From: a virus
Lineage: Duplodnaviria; Caudoviricetes
DNA length: 64,000 nt
Strand: one strand, 5' to 3'
IMG/VR virus record: IMGVR_UViG_3300027740_000003
Span: 32,001-96,000 of that record
Position 1 is the first letter of the stretch. Each line of letters opens with the position of its first letter. Made by a program: the position numbers and the translations under genes. The notes beneath the pieces are model-generated. The model was not told the origin of the DNA. It was given only the letters and a program-made list of their open reading frames with translations, and did not search any database. Positions 27,249-36,124 of this stretch are shown here, in pieces.

Positions 27249-27610
27249 TAGTTAATTCCATAATCATATATTTTCAATCTTCTTTTGGAATCATAACCAA
27301 CCTGGGCACAATCAACATAATCGGTCCACCTAGGAAGATTATTCCTACTACCAACATCAATGTCTAATTTTTCCATTACAAGAATATGTGGCCCACACAT
27401 TCTACATCTTGCATATGGCCAGTCTTTATGTCGTTTAAAAGCAAACGCTTCGTGCCAATTATCATGCAAACCAGATTCACATGTTGGAATTTTTGCTACA
27501 TATCCTTTGCTAAGGTCATATGTTTTTCTAAACCTTCCCTCACCAATAATAGGAAACCTACTACTAAAGTAGGCCTCTAGTTTTTCCAGCTCAATACTAA
27601 GTTCTTCCAT
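27248..27610 (-). CDS. Minimal protein-kinase-like protein
   Basis: IGEGRFRKTY, VAKIP, NWHE, LVMEKL, DCAQVG, IYDYG. Confidence 0.6.
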   Translation of the reverse strand: MEELSIELEKLEAYFSSRFPIIGEGRFRKTYDLSKGYVAKIPTCESGLHDNWHEAFAFKRHKDWPYARCRMCGPHILVMEKLDIDVGSRNNLPRWTDYVDCAQVGYDSKRRLKIYDYGIN

Positions 27611-27819
27611 AACAAATGGGTAGTGTATTCTAACAGCCTCTAAGAAAGCACACCTTTATGAACAACATGGTTTGATGACGAACGAGCAGAAGATTGTTCA
27701 CAAATATAGAGGTTCCCCATGTTAGTCTTACGACATTTTTAGATGCTAGCCAAAACATATTAACCGAAACTAATTTGCTCAGGGCAACACCTAAAATTAT
27801 TTTTTCCTTTTTGGTCTTA

Positions 27820-28272
27820 CTACCTTGTGCTATATTCTTTCTTTGCAATCCTAATTAGAGAGAAAAGATCCTTATTTGACAGTTGTTTAATTTGCTCGTT
27901 GGCAGTAATTTCAAATACTGACGGCCTCAGTCCAATCTTGTAATTCTTCTTCCTAATTCCTTTCCTAAGCCAGTCAGGGATTTTATCATTTAAATCTACA
28001 ACGTCAAATTTAAACATATACTCTACTAGAGCTGTGTTTAGAACATCGTTCCAATCACCATTGCAAATAAACTCAATTCTAGATTTAGAAATAAGTTTTG
28101 CTTCAGCTTTCATTCTTCCATTTTTCTTCGTAAAAGTGTCCTCCAAAGAACAGAAAGCAAATGCCGCAACATGCTTCCCAGTCGTATCTCCCTTCTCAGG
28201 TCGGCTAATTGCCACCGTAAGATACCCATTGCCCTTGTTTGTTGGGAAAACTACATAACCATACTTTACCAT
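27820..28272 (-). CDS. hypothetical phage protein
   Basis: AFAFCSLEDTFTKKNGRMKA motif. Confidence 0.7.
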   Translation of the reverse strand: MVKYGYVVFPTNKGNGYLTVAISRPEKGDTTGKHVAAFAFCSLEDTFTKKNGRMKAEAKLISKSRIEFICNGDWNDVLNTALVEYMFKFDVVDLNDKIPDWLRKGIRKKNYKIGLRPSVFEITANEQIKQLSNKDLFSLIRIAKKEYSTR

Positions 28273-28290
28273 TGTTTTATTCCTTTCTTT

Positions 28291-28575
28291 CTAGATTAGA
28301 TCGATTTCTTTCATTTGATAGAATGTCAAATGTAATTTTTGAGAAAACTCAACAGCATTAACAATCAATTTGTTATTATCTACTTCTACATCTGAGTCTT
28401 TTTTAATTTGGATTAATTCATACTCGTCAAGAATGAGAAGCAAATCCTCATCAGGATCTTTCAGATGATCTTCAGAAATAGTAGCATTGCCCACAAATTT
28501 TGTTCCATTACAAGTGCAAACTGCAACAGTTCCAGTTTGAGGAAAAACTTTGTTAAAAATATCAATTGCCTTCAT
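28291..28575 (-). CDS. hypothetical protein
   Basis: First gene after a promoter. Confidence 0.7.
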   Translation of the reverse strand: MKAIDIFNKVFPQTGTVAVCTCNGTKFVGNATISEDHLKDPDEDLLLILDEYELIQIKKDSDVEVDNNKLIVNAVEFSQKLHLTFYQMKEIDLI

Positions 28576-28600
28576 TTGCCATCACTCCCGTCAGAAGCAC

Positions 28601-28628
28601 AATATAAGGCTCACTTGGCCGTTGTCAA
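28601..28628 (-). promoter_or_regulatory. sigma70-like promoter
   Basis: TTGACA-N16-TATATT. Confidence 0.8.
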
Positions 28629-28647
28629 CAACTTCGGCCGGCCGGAC

Positions 28648-28893
28648 TCACTTGGATACTTTAGCTTCCTGTTTTAGCCGCTCGCCAAACTTAATCAAAT
28701 CATCTGCTAATTCTTCTAATTGTTTTTCATTGTTAACCCAGATAAAATCTGCACGACATGGGTTCTCAATACAAAAATCACCTTCCGGACCTTTGCTTAT
28801 AAAGTTTGCCAGGAAGAGCTTCTTAAAATTAGAATAGTTCTGATGGCTTGACATTGTTTTGTCTTTCTCAACAATCAAATTACTGCAAGACAA
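28648..28893 (-). CDS. hypothetical protein
   Basis: Tiling ORF; start probably the second Met. Confidence 0.6.
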   Translation of the reverse strand: MSCSNLIVEKDKTMSSHQNYSNFKKLFLANFISKGPEGDFCIENPCRADFIWVNNEKQLEELADDLIKFGERLKQEAKVSK

Positions 28894-29735
28894 CTATAGA
28901 ATTCTTCTGGTGAAGTTATAATACTTGCCGTGCCACCATCATTTAATTCAATTATTGTCCAAGATCCGTTGGTTGTTTCAGCTACATCAACGGCAAAAAA
29001 CATACTGGAAACAAAAGGAATAATATTTTCTACAAATTGTTGTGGTGGTTTTTCTGAATTAGAATAATCTCGACTGTCCCAGCGAATACTTTGTGTTAAT
29101 ATTTTCCCTTTATAAACGAACAAACGATGCTCATTTGGTAGAGGAAGATCCGTTTTAGGATGTTTTCCACTGCATTTCAGAGGAACATATTCTCTAAAAA
29201 CAAGCCCTCCTTCTAGATCACAAGATTGCAATCGAAGAAAATTGTTCACTACCCGTTTAATATCAACGGAACTAGATGCAGACGGTATATAACAAGCATC
29301 CTCCCATTCATAACACCGACTTTTTACATAGTCTTTAACTATAAGAGGTTTATCTCCAAACTCAGAAGCAAGTTTACTAACAATCTCGTCTAAATCAAAT
29401 TTAGACCCGGGAAACCAAATTGATTTTGGAGTATTTTTTACACCTAATCTAGGATACCAACAAGGGAACTGATTACAGAATTGGTATTCTTCTAGTTTGG
29501 TAATTAAATTCTTTCCACAATTATTAACACCATCAGCCATTTTTGCATAGTTGTCTAACGATAAAATCCATCCACGATAAAGAACATCTCCTGGGCCAAT
29601 CGGAAGATTATTTTTTCCACCATCACATACTAAACCAACATCAAAACCCGCCTTCTTGGCCGCCTCTATTTCTTTCAAAAAGAACTGGTCTGGATTCTTT
29701 TTAAGAATAGGATCTGTAGGAAATAAAATATACAT
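28875..29735 (-). CDS. ATP-grasp domain protein (R2K/DUF4343-like)
   Basis: LYRGW, LIVKDYVKS, VFREYV, EHRLF, FFAVDVA, IIELNDGG. Confidence 0.85.
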   Translation of the reverse strand: MYILFPTDPILKKNPDQFFLKEIEAAKKAGFDVGLVCDGGKNNLPIGPGDVLYRGWILSLDNYAKMADGVNNCGKNLITKLEEYQFCNQFPCWYPRLGVKNTPKSIWFPGSKFDLDEIVSKLASEFGDKPLIVKDYVKSRCYEWEDACYIPSASSSVDIKRVVNNFLRLQSCDLEGGLVFREYVPLKCSGKHPKTDLPLPNEHRLFVYKGKILTQSIRWDSRDYSNSEKPPQQFVENIIPFVSSMFFAVDVAETTNGSWTIIELNDGGTASIITSPEEFYSCLAVI

Positions 29736-29742
29736 TTTTTAA

Positions 29743-29910
29743 CTACCTATTAGAAATCAACATCCTTGCTGCGCCTTCAGTAGAAAGACCGTTATCAAAC
29801 AACCCTCTAATTCTTTCGTCATTATTGCAAACATCAGATAAACATATTCCAGCTATAAACTGAACCTGTTTGTCTAACTCCGCTTTCCACTTAAGATATT
29901 TTTTAATCAT
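29743..29910 (-). CDS. hypothetical protein (55 aa, not in the ORF track)
   Basis: MIKKYLKWKAELDKQ..; 4-bp overlap with the upstream gene. Confidence 0.55.
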   Translation of the reverse strand: MIKKYLKWKAELDKQVQFIAGICLSDVCNNDERIRGLFDNGLSTEGAARMLISNR

Positions 29911-30677
29911 ATTGTAAATACTTTTGCAATAGCTGGGTTTCTATATTCAGCTGCCCCGACAAACATTATCATATTATGAGACACGCGATAGGTATATGGC
30001 TTGTGCCTATGTCCTGCAAGGATTGTAAAAGAAGTTTCTGGGAAATCAGCAGCAATATCTGCTAGTTTATTTCCCATTGAGATGTGAACGAACCAAGGAT
30101 CCCATACTCCATCTTTTCTTTCAGGGTCTGGAAAAGGTGGCACATGAGTTGCAAAGTAGATATTTTTGTATTGCTTTGCAATATTTCTGATTTGAAAATC
30201 AGCCTGTTGTGCCAACGTATCAGCTTCTACTTTTGATAGCCTAATGATTTCATCTTTATGGCAAAATTTAAATTCTTCAATTACATGATGGTCGGTCATA
30301 TCTAAAAGATAAGGATTTTCCCCACAACGACAATCATACCATCCATCTGAGCCAACAAGAATTGTTTCATTGTTTAAAACGACTGGTTGGCAAGGAAGAT
30401 AGAAAAGGTTTTCCGTATATTTGCTTATCTTTTTTGCAAGCTCCCTGGTTCCACTAATAGAATTTCCATAACAACAATGATTGCCATTTACAAAATAAAT
30501 AGGCTTCTCAAATCCATCAGCAAGCTCACACAAATTATACTCTAAAGAAGTAGATTCTGCTGTGTCTCCAGTAATAACCAACACATCACCGTGTTTAGAC
30601 AGTTCTTTTCCGAATTCTTTAGGGAAAGATGGAGGTAGAAAATTAAGATGTAGATCTGTACAATGAATAAGTTTCAT
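29907..30677 (-). CDS. Calcineurin-like metallophosphoesterase (Icc/CpdA-like)
   Basis: DLH, GD, GNH, THVPP, AGHRH motifs. Confidence 0.88.
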   Translation of the reverse strand: MKLIHCTDLHLNFLPPSFPKEFGKELSKHGDVLVITGDTAESTSLEYNLCELADGFEKPIYFVNGNHCCYGNSISGTRELAKKISKYTENLFYLPCQPVVLNNETILVGSDGWYDCRCGENPYLLDMTDHHVIEEFKFCHKDEIIRLSKVEADTLAQQADFQIRNIAKQYKNIYFATHVPPFPDPERKDGVWDPWFVHISMGNKLADIAADFPETSFTILAGHRHKPYTYRVSHNMIMFVGAAEYRNPAIAKVFTI

Positions 30678-30844
30678 TTTCTAAATTTTCTTTTCTCATC
30701 ATCGGTTAGAACTGGATAGCTTTTGATTTCAAAAGCAACATTCTCTCCTTTAATGCTTGCACGAAGATCAAGTTCATACTGTGTACAATCAGGACAACGA
30801 CATTTACAATCATAATTGTGAGGAATATAATTTTGGAACTGCAT
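30674..30844 (-). CDS. small Cys-containing protein (56 aa, not in the ORF track)
   Basis: HNYDCKCRCPDC; 4-bp overlap. Confidence 0.55.
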   Translation of the reverse strand: MQFQNYIPHNYDCKCRCPDCTQYELDLRASIKGENVAFEIKSYPVLTDDEKRKFRK

Positions 30845-30866
30845 AATAATATTCTTTTTTATTGCT

Positions 30867-31283
30867 TTATTTTGGAACAGGAAACAAAATGTATCCGTTA
30901 TCTACTAACAGTTTTCTTATTCTATCATATCCTGTTCTGTCTTGAAGAGCTTTAAGAATTATAACTTGGCTTTCTTTTTTTGGACCGGACCAATAAATTG
31001 CATCGTGAACTAGGTTTAATACATATCTTTCTTCAGAGACTCTCGAAGCTTCACATCTAAACTCTAATTCGTTTAATAAATCTTCTTGGTTCAAATAAAA
31101 TAGTTCACTATAAAAACCGTCTGTCAAATGATGGATTTTGTGAAAAAACTCTTTGGCCGACAAATGATCAATAGGCTCAAGTTCACCACAAATCTTGCAT
31201 CTCCAATACCTAGACTTGAATGTTCCAAACCAGAAAATTATAAGTTTTCTTTTAATCCTAGAAAACATTCTTTTACCAAACAT
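30867..31283 (-). CDS. hypothetical protein
   Basis: CKIC motif; start likely MFGKR. Confidence 0.6.
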   Translation of the reverse strand: MFGKRMFSRIKRKLIIFWFGTFKSRYWRCKICGELEPIDHLSAKEFFHKIHHLTDGFYSELFYLNQEDLLNELEFRCEASRVSEERYVLNLVHDAIYWSGPKKESQVIILKALQDRTGYDRIRKLLVDNGYILFPVPK

Positions 31284-31285
31284 TA

Positions 31286-31579
31286 TTAAAACTCCAGAAT
31301 ATCTAGAATATCTTCTGTATCCCAACAGTCCCTATATGATCTGCTAATCGGATTATAAATCTCTCGATATGTTTGAGGATGATTACGTTCCGAATCTGGC
31401 TCAGTCCATTCTGACAATTCCTCAACCGTTTTTCCAACCAACCCAATTTTAGAATATGCTCCGCCAAGTTTTTGAACATCAACAACTTTATTATTAGCAA
31501 TTGTTAAAATGAATTCCGAATGGCACTCATCGTCCAGCACATTGTCAGAAATCCTAGCTTTAATAGTTGCTGTTCTCAT
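31286..31579 (-). CDS. hypothetical protein
   Basis: Tiling ORF. Confidence 0.65.
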   Translation of the reverse strand: MRTATIKARISDNVLDDECHSEFILTIANNKVVDVQKLGGAYSKIGLVGKTVEELSEWTEPDSERNHPQTYREIYNPISRSYRDCWDTEDILDILEF

Positions 31580-31956
31580 GTGTTCCTTTTATAAATTTTA
31601 ACTGGAAGAATTTGTTTCTTTCCATCAACTACGACTTCTTTTTCCTCAATATAAAATACTAAATCGGCCGCCACGGTTGCCGCAACGGTTGGTTTTATTT
31701 CTTCCTGCACTTGTTCTTTAGGATACTTGTTTTTGCGTCCTCTAGAATCCTCATCTGATAATGTTTTATAACCAAGACAGGCCCGAATAAATTCTCCAAA
31801 CTGGAAATTGTCCAACGCGGAATCAGGAAAAACCCTGCCGTTTATTTCAACAAGAAGATCTGGAACAAAATTCTTAACTTCTTCTTTTGTTGCATTTTTC
31901 GGCGGTTTGGTTAATCCCAAGATGCCTACGTTAAACAATCCAGCGGTTTTTATCAT
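31576..31956 (-). CDS. hypothetical protein
   Basis: Tiling ORF. Confidence 0.65.
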   Translation of the reverse strand: MIKTAGLFNVGILGLTKPPKNATKEEVKNFVPDLLVEINGRVFPDSALDNFQFGEFIRACLGYKTLSDEDSRGRKNKYPKEQVQEEIKPTVAATVAADLVFYIEEKEVVVDGKKQILPVKIYKRNT

Positions 31957-31965
31957 GCGTTCCTT

Positions 31966-32709
31966 TTAATTTTTCAAAGTATTCTTGGTTAGAGATACAT
32001 TATTCCCGGCAGAAATTCCTGCTCGATAAGCATCACCATTGACATTGCTTCTGCTTAACTGCTTGGTTTTAGAAGAAATTCTATTAACATATGCTGCAAC
32101 ATCTTTGTCTCTATTATCAATAATAGCAAGGGCCGTAGTTGCATTGTCTAAAACAGCTTGTTGTTTTGCTTCAACGGCCGCTGCTTTAAGCCTTTGACAA
32201 ATACTTGCAGTGCAACCAAGTTTAAAACTTGTTGCCCAGTTCTTTCCTTCTCCTCTGGCCAGATCTCCTGGATTATAAACCTTTGCAAGGTGTTCAATAG
32301 TATCTCTAATTGAACAATAAAAAGCCCCACATAGAACAGCATCACTCTCTGTTCCAATTACTTCAAGGTGTTGAAGCCTTGCTCTCCTATAAGATCCAGG
32401 TTTATATCCAAGGTTATCTGACGAAATCAACACACGACATCCGTTAATAACACAAATAGCATTAAGAAGAGCAATTTTCCATTGAGCAATCTTTTGCCCA
32501 CTTTCTGGACCATTATTTTGTTTAATAACGTTATCCGTATTAATGCTATTTGCAGGATTATTTTCCACATCCACCAGTGAGACGCGATATTTGCTCATTA
32601 GCATTTGAGCATGATGTGAGGCATTTGCTGCTTCGGCTTCTGTTCCAGCCCTTTCTGCCAAAAACAAAAGGTGTTTGATTTTATCAATAATAGAAGTCGT
32701 GTCAGTCAT
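31966..32709 (-). CDS. DUF2786-domain protein
   Basis: IDKIKHLLFLAE..TEAEA..A..HAQMLMSKY; SFKLG; start moved to ATG at 32709 downstream of the promoter. Confidence 0.8.
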   Translation of the reverse strand: MTDTTSIIDKIKHLLFLAERAGTEAEAANASHHAQMLMSKYRVSLVDVENNPANSINTDNVIKQNNGPESGQKIAQWKIALLNAICVINGCRVLISSDNLGYKPGSYRRARLQHLEVIGTESDAVLCGAFYCSIRDTIEHLAKVYNPGDLARGEGKNWATSFKLGCTASICQRLKAAAVEAKQQAVLDNATTALAIIDNRDKDVAAYVNRISSKTKQLSRSNVNGDAYRAGISAGNNVSLTKNTLKN

Positions 32710-32716
32710 GAGATAC

Positions 32717-32744
32717 AGTTTAACCACGGTGCGGGCCAGGTCAA
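32717..32744 (-). promoter_or_regulatory. sigma70-like promoter
   Basis: TTGACC-N16-TAAACT. Confidence 0.7.
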
Positions 32745-32749
32745 GGGCG

Positions 32750-33649
32750 TCAGTTCATTTTTTTGTCGTTTTTAAAAATCCTATCAAGACCAAGTCTGTT
32801 AATAACTTTTTGCAAATCATTATCGATACCAACAAAAGAAAACTTAGCTCCTTCGCCCAAGTAAGCTGTTTTTACATTTCGTTGTATGTCAATAATTTTT
32901 GCAAGAGCTTTAAGCCAATCTTCTTGTGGACAAGCAATTCCTTGCGTAAAATCTAAAGTCGGAAATGACAATGTTTTATATTCTCTATATGACCATTCGT
33001 AAGATAGTGCAAAAGATAATATCAATTCGTTTGCTGGAACGATAATGTTAATTGGACCATTGTGATCCTTGGGCTGAAATGATCTTAAAAGACTTTGGGT
33101 CTTTACAAAAGGAAGACCATAATTCAACGCCATATTTTCTTCTTGTTGTAGACGTCTTACTAAATCAGAGTGGTATTCAAATATTCGCAATTGATCTTCT
33201 TGATCCTTTGCAAAATATGCATTAATTGCACCGGCTAATTCGTTTGCCCTTTCATAACCAATGCATACGCTGAAATTTCTAGATCCTTTTCGGAAGCCGG
33301 GAAATACCCAAGATTTATCAAACCCCTCAAAATAACATGGGCTCAAATAAAAACTTGTACCGGCCGTAATGCCAAACAGATCGTGTTCAATATTGTCTGC
33401 ACATTCGAAACTAATCTTTACATCATGGAAATTATCCCTAAGATATATTGTTCCTGCTCTGCCAGAAACCCTAATCACTGGTAGTCTAATACTTTTGCTG
33501 GTATGAGAACTAACCACTTCAATTTCATCGTCCTCTCCGGCCCAAGCTTTAGCAAAAGAAACCATTCCTGGAAAAGATTTCTCGGCCGCTCCTTTCCAAC
33601 ACATTTCTTCGCGGACTGGATTTTCTTGCACCCATTGTTCTAAATTCAT
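32750..33649 (-). CDS. hypothetical protein
   Basis: Start likely MNLEQW; GAGG upstream. Confidence 0.7.
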   Translation of the reverse strand: MNLEQWVQENPVREEMCWKGAAEKSFPGMVSFAKAWAGEDDEIEVVSSHTSKSIRLPVIRVSGRAGTIYLRDNFHDVKISFECADNIEHDLFGITAGTSFYLSPCYFEGFDKSWVFPGFRKGSRNFSVCIGYERANELAGAINAYFAKDQEDQLRIFEYHSDLVRRLQQEENMALNYGLPFVKTQSLLRSFQPKDHNGPINIIVPANELILSFALSYEWSYREYKTLSFPTLDFTQGIACPQEDWLKALAKIIDIQRNVKTAYLGEGAKFSFVGIDNDLQKVINRLGLDRIFKNDKKMN

Positions 33650-33651
33650 TA

Positions 33652-33984
33652 TTACTCGTCCTCTTCTTCGTAATCCTCGTGCCAAATGATCTTTATTTCT
33701 TTTGGAATAAAGTTCTTTTCTGAATACCAGGTCCTAACTTCCACTTTATAATTTAACGGTTCTTCTTCAAGATATGCAACAATTCGTTTGCCATGACAAC
33801 TGCGTTTAATTTCGTAATAAACAAATTCCATACCAAGGTCAGATAGGTCTAAAATCTTTTTTTTAATATGAATTAACTCGTCTTCAAAAGACACGCCTTT
33901 TAATTTATAAGTGTTGGCAATTTCTCTTGCTCGTTCTGCTGATGGCAATTTGGGCAGCTTTTCTTTTTTCCAAAAATTAAACAT
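33652..33984 (-). CDS. hypothetical protein
   Basis: Tiling ORF. Confidence 0.65.
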   Translation of the reverse strand: MFNFWKKEKLPKLPSAERAREIANTYKLKGVSFEDELIHIKKKILDLSDLGMEFVYYEIKRSCHGKRIVAYLEEEPLNYKVEVRTWYSEKNFIPKEIKIIWHEDYEEEDE

Positions 33985-33997
33985 AGTTTATTCCTAA

Positions 33998-34348
33998 TTA
34001 TGGAGCTTTCATCTTTCCAACATCCCACACTCCCCATTCTTTTGGAGCAATGGTATAATAAACTCTCTTAACCCCCTTAGCCCGAATCAGGGCTTGACAA
34101 CGGGGACAAGGCTTGGCGCTGGCCCAGGTGCCGTCTCGCAACACCCTGGCAACATAAAGAGTACAACCAGTGTCAGCCTTTCTAAGACTCCTTGCCTCAG
34201 CATGGGCCGCGGGCTGTGGTTCTTTGGTCAGCGCATTGTTGGAACTAACAAGGGCCCCGTCACGCCTTTGAATAACAGAAGCAAGACGGTAGTTCCTCTT
34301 CTGGTCCCCTCCCGCAGCAATCCTTGCAGCAATCTCAAGCAGCCTCAT
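33998..34348 (-). CDS. Zinc-dependent cytidine/dCMP-deaminase-superfamily protein
   Basis: AHAE and KPCPRC zinc motifs; GVKRVYY. Confidence 0.88.
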   Translation of the reverse strand: MRLLEIAARIAAGGDQKRNYRLASVIQRRDGALVSSNNALTKEPQPAAHAEARSLRKADTGCTLYVARVLRDGTWASAKPCPRCQALIRAKGVKRVYYTIAPKEWGVWDVGKMKAP

Positions 34349-34362
34349 AACTCCTCGCAGAC

Positions 34363-34390
34363 AACATAACTACGAAAGGCCGCCTGTCAA
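34363..34390 (-). promoter_or_regulatory. sigma70-like promoter for the deaminase gene
   Basis: TTGACA-N16-TATGTT; GAGGAG precedes the ATG. Confidence 0.8.
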
Positions 34391-34401
34391 CCCTCGCCGT
34401 T

Positions 34402-34758
34402 TTAATATTTGGCAAATGTTTTTTGAATTTTAATTATGGCGTTAGGCCATATATTATTTATTCTATCAATCTCTTCAGCAATTACTTTTACTTCTCTAAG
34501 TTTCTGATATCCTTCCACAACTGCTTTAATCGGTACAGATGCTACCGGAATATCCCCCAAATAAGCATTAACATAAGCTACAACCTCAGTGTATCTTCTA
34601 GTATAAATTTCGTTCCAAACAATATTACCTTCGCTTTCGGTAAGCAATTTAAGTACAGCTATTGGCTTATTTTTTCCGGCAAGTTTATATGCTGAAGCAA
34701 GATTGTTCGCCTCGAACATATAAATCTTGCCATCAATATAAGTTGCCTCGAACATCAT
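34402..34758 (-). CDS. hypothetical protein
   Basis: Tiling ORF. Confidence 0.65.
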   Translation of the reverse strand: MMFEATYIDGKIYMFEANNLASAYKLAGKNKPIAVLKLLTESEGNIVWNEIYTRRYTEVVAYVNAYLGDIPVASVPIKAVVEGYQKLREVKVIAEEIDRINNIWPNAIIKIQKTFAKY

Positions 34759-35744
34759 TGATCTAATAGCCTTAACTCATCAAAGATAACATAATTTGTT
34801 CCAACACAAGTATAATTTATAGCAGACAAAACAATTTTATTAAACATAACAGTTTGTGTAAAAGAAATCTGTTGACAACCATCAGCAGAAAGCTCAATAA
34901 AATCATCCGTTAACAGGTTCTGCTCCCAATATTCTCCAATGCTTTCCGGAGTATAGAAAAAGTTTCTAATAGCTAAACTGTCATCATTATACAGATCAAA
35001 ACTTACAGAGGAAAAGTTGTAAAAAGAAGGCTCGGGAGAAGTAATCCTAGAAGCATCAAGAGCAAAACACAGCTCTATACTATCAGAAGACATGGTTTGA
35101 TTAAACAAATATTCTTTGTAATTATAGATCGTACCACAGGCCGATTCTGTTTCACCAATGGCAGAAAATTGAATTATTTCACCATCCGAATTACAGGAAA
35201 CAATTGGGTTGCTTCCTTCGTTGGTATTAAGAATCCATCCGTCCAAAGAACTCATATCATCAACAACAGTATATTGATTTGTATCAGTAGCAGAACCGGC
35301 TGTATTAATCAATCCGGCAGAACCAGCAATATAAATAGAACCAGCGGCGCCTGCATAATCAAAAGATACAGAGCCGGCTAATTCAGCAGAAAATTTCCCT
35401 CCTCCAACACCACCAGTAGATTTAACCAGATGAATGTCTTCATCAATATAAGACGAAGTGGTTCCAGAGCTTCCGCCATTAGGGACAGATGGAGAACCAG
35501 AATTTTCTACAACAACTGTTCCTCCAGTATAATTTGAACCACCATTGTCAATATTAACTGTTCCTGAGGAACCGCTCTGAGCTACATTATAAATAGCCTC
35601 ACCAGAAGACCCGGCATACGTTGCTTCTCCACCATTATCTGCTGTTCCACCATTATCAGAATGGCTGATAGTAGTTAGTCCTGTTCCGGAAATTTGTCCA
35701 CAAGATAAACATAAAACAAAAGCTGCAATATAACAATTTCTCAT
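34755..35744 (-). CDS. Putative lipoprotein with Gly/Ser-rich linker and a C-terminal globular domain
   Basis: Signal ending LCLSC-G; repeated GG/SG/AGS motifs. Confidence 0.75.
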   Translation of the reverse strand: MRNCYIAAFVLCLSCGQISGTGLTTISHSDNGGTADNGGEATYAGSSGEAIYNVAQSGSSGTVNIDNGGSNYTGGTVVVENSGSPSVPNGGSSGTTSSYIDEDIHLVKSTGGVGGGKFSAELAGSVSFDYAGAAGSIYIAGSAGLINTAGSATDTNQYTVVDDMSSLDGWILNTNEGSNPIVSCNSDGEIIQFSAIGETESACGTIYNYKEYLFNQTMSSDSIELCFALDASRITSPEPSFYNFSSVSFDLYNDDSLAIRNFFYTPESIGEYWEQNLLTDDFIELSADGCQQISFTQTVMFNKIVLSAINYTCVGTNYVIFDELRLLDQ

Positions 35745-35746
35745 TT

Positions 35747-35989
35747 TTATTTTCTCGCTGGTGAACTGCTTGGAGGTTTTGATATCCTAACAGGACTCAT
35801 TCGAATGAATTTAATTTCATATTTTGAACAATACTTCTTAAAATCAGTTTCGTTGGTTTCTGGAACATCAATATCCCAATCGAAAGTTTTATCTGATAAA
35901 GATGAATATCTGTTTTTGACAGTAGCATCAAATGCATAAACAACAGTTTGAATTTTCTCAGATAATGCTTTAACGTTATACTTTACCAT
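35747..35989 (-). CDS. hypothetical protein
   Basis: Tiling ORF. Confidence 0.65.
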   Translation of the reverse strand: MVKYNVKALSEKIQTVVYAFDATVKNRYSSLSDKTFDWDIDVPETNETDFKKYCSKYEIKFIRMSPVRISKPPSSSPARK

Positions 35990-36004
35990 TTAATTAAACC
36001 TTTC

Positions 36005-36119
36005 GGGCTAAGTGTAGGATTTGAACCTACGTCTCCAAGATCCCTCTTGGGCTTTTCCAGATGCTATTCTTCTATTTCCTGGCGCAATAAAATTGTAGCA
36101 CACCTAAGCTAACTTAGCC
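36005..36119 (-). ncRNA. tRNA-like RNA with no anticodon (GGGA tetraloop), G-1:C73 His-type acceptor and an expanded D-loop
   Basis: G-GCTAAGT/ACTTAGC-C acceptor; GCTT/AAGC D-stem; CAAGA-GGGA-TCTTG; GAGAC; GTAGG-TTCAAAT-CCTAC T-arm. Confidence 0.8.
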
Positions 36120-36124
36120 AAATA

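Noticed and set aside
27630-27848. 72-aa minus-strand ORF
   Set aside because: It overlaps the upstream gene end, with no SD or motif; the gap may be non-coding or hold a shorter ORF.
36005-36119. tmRNA or tRNA-Sec assignment
   Set aside because: Too short for tmRNA, with no G3-U70 pair or tag ORF; no TCA anticodon or long variable arm for Sec.
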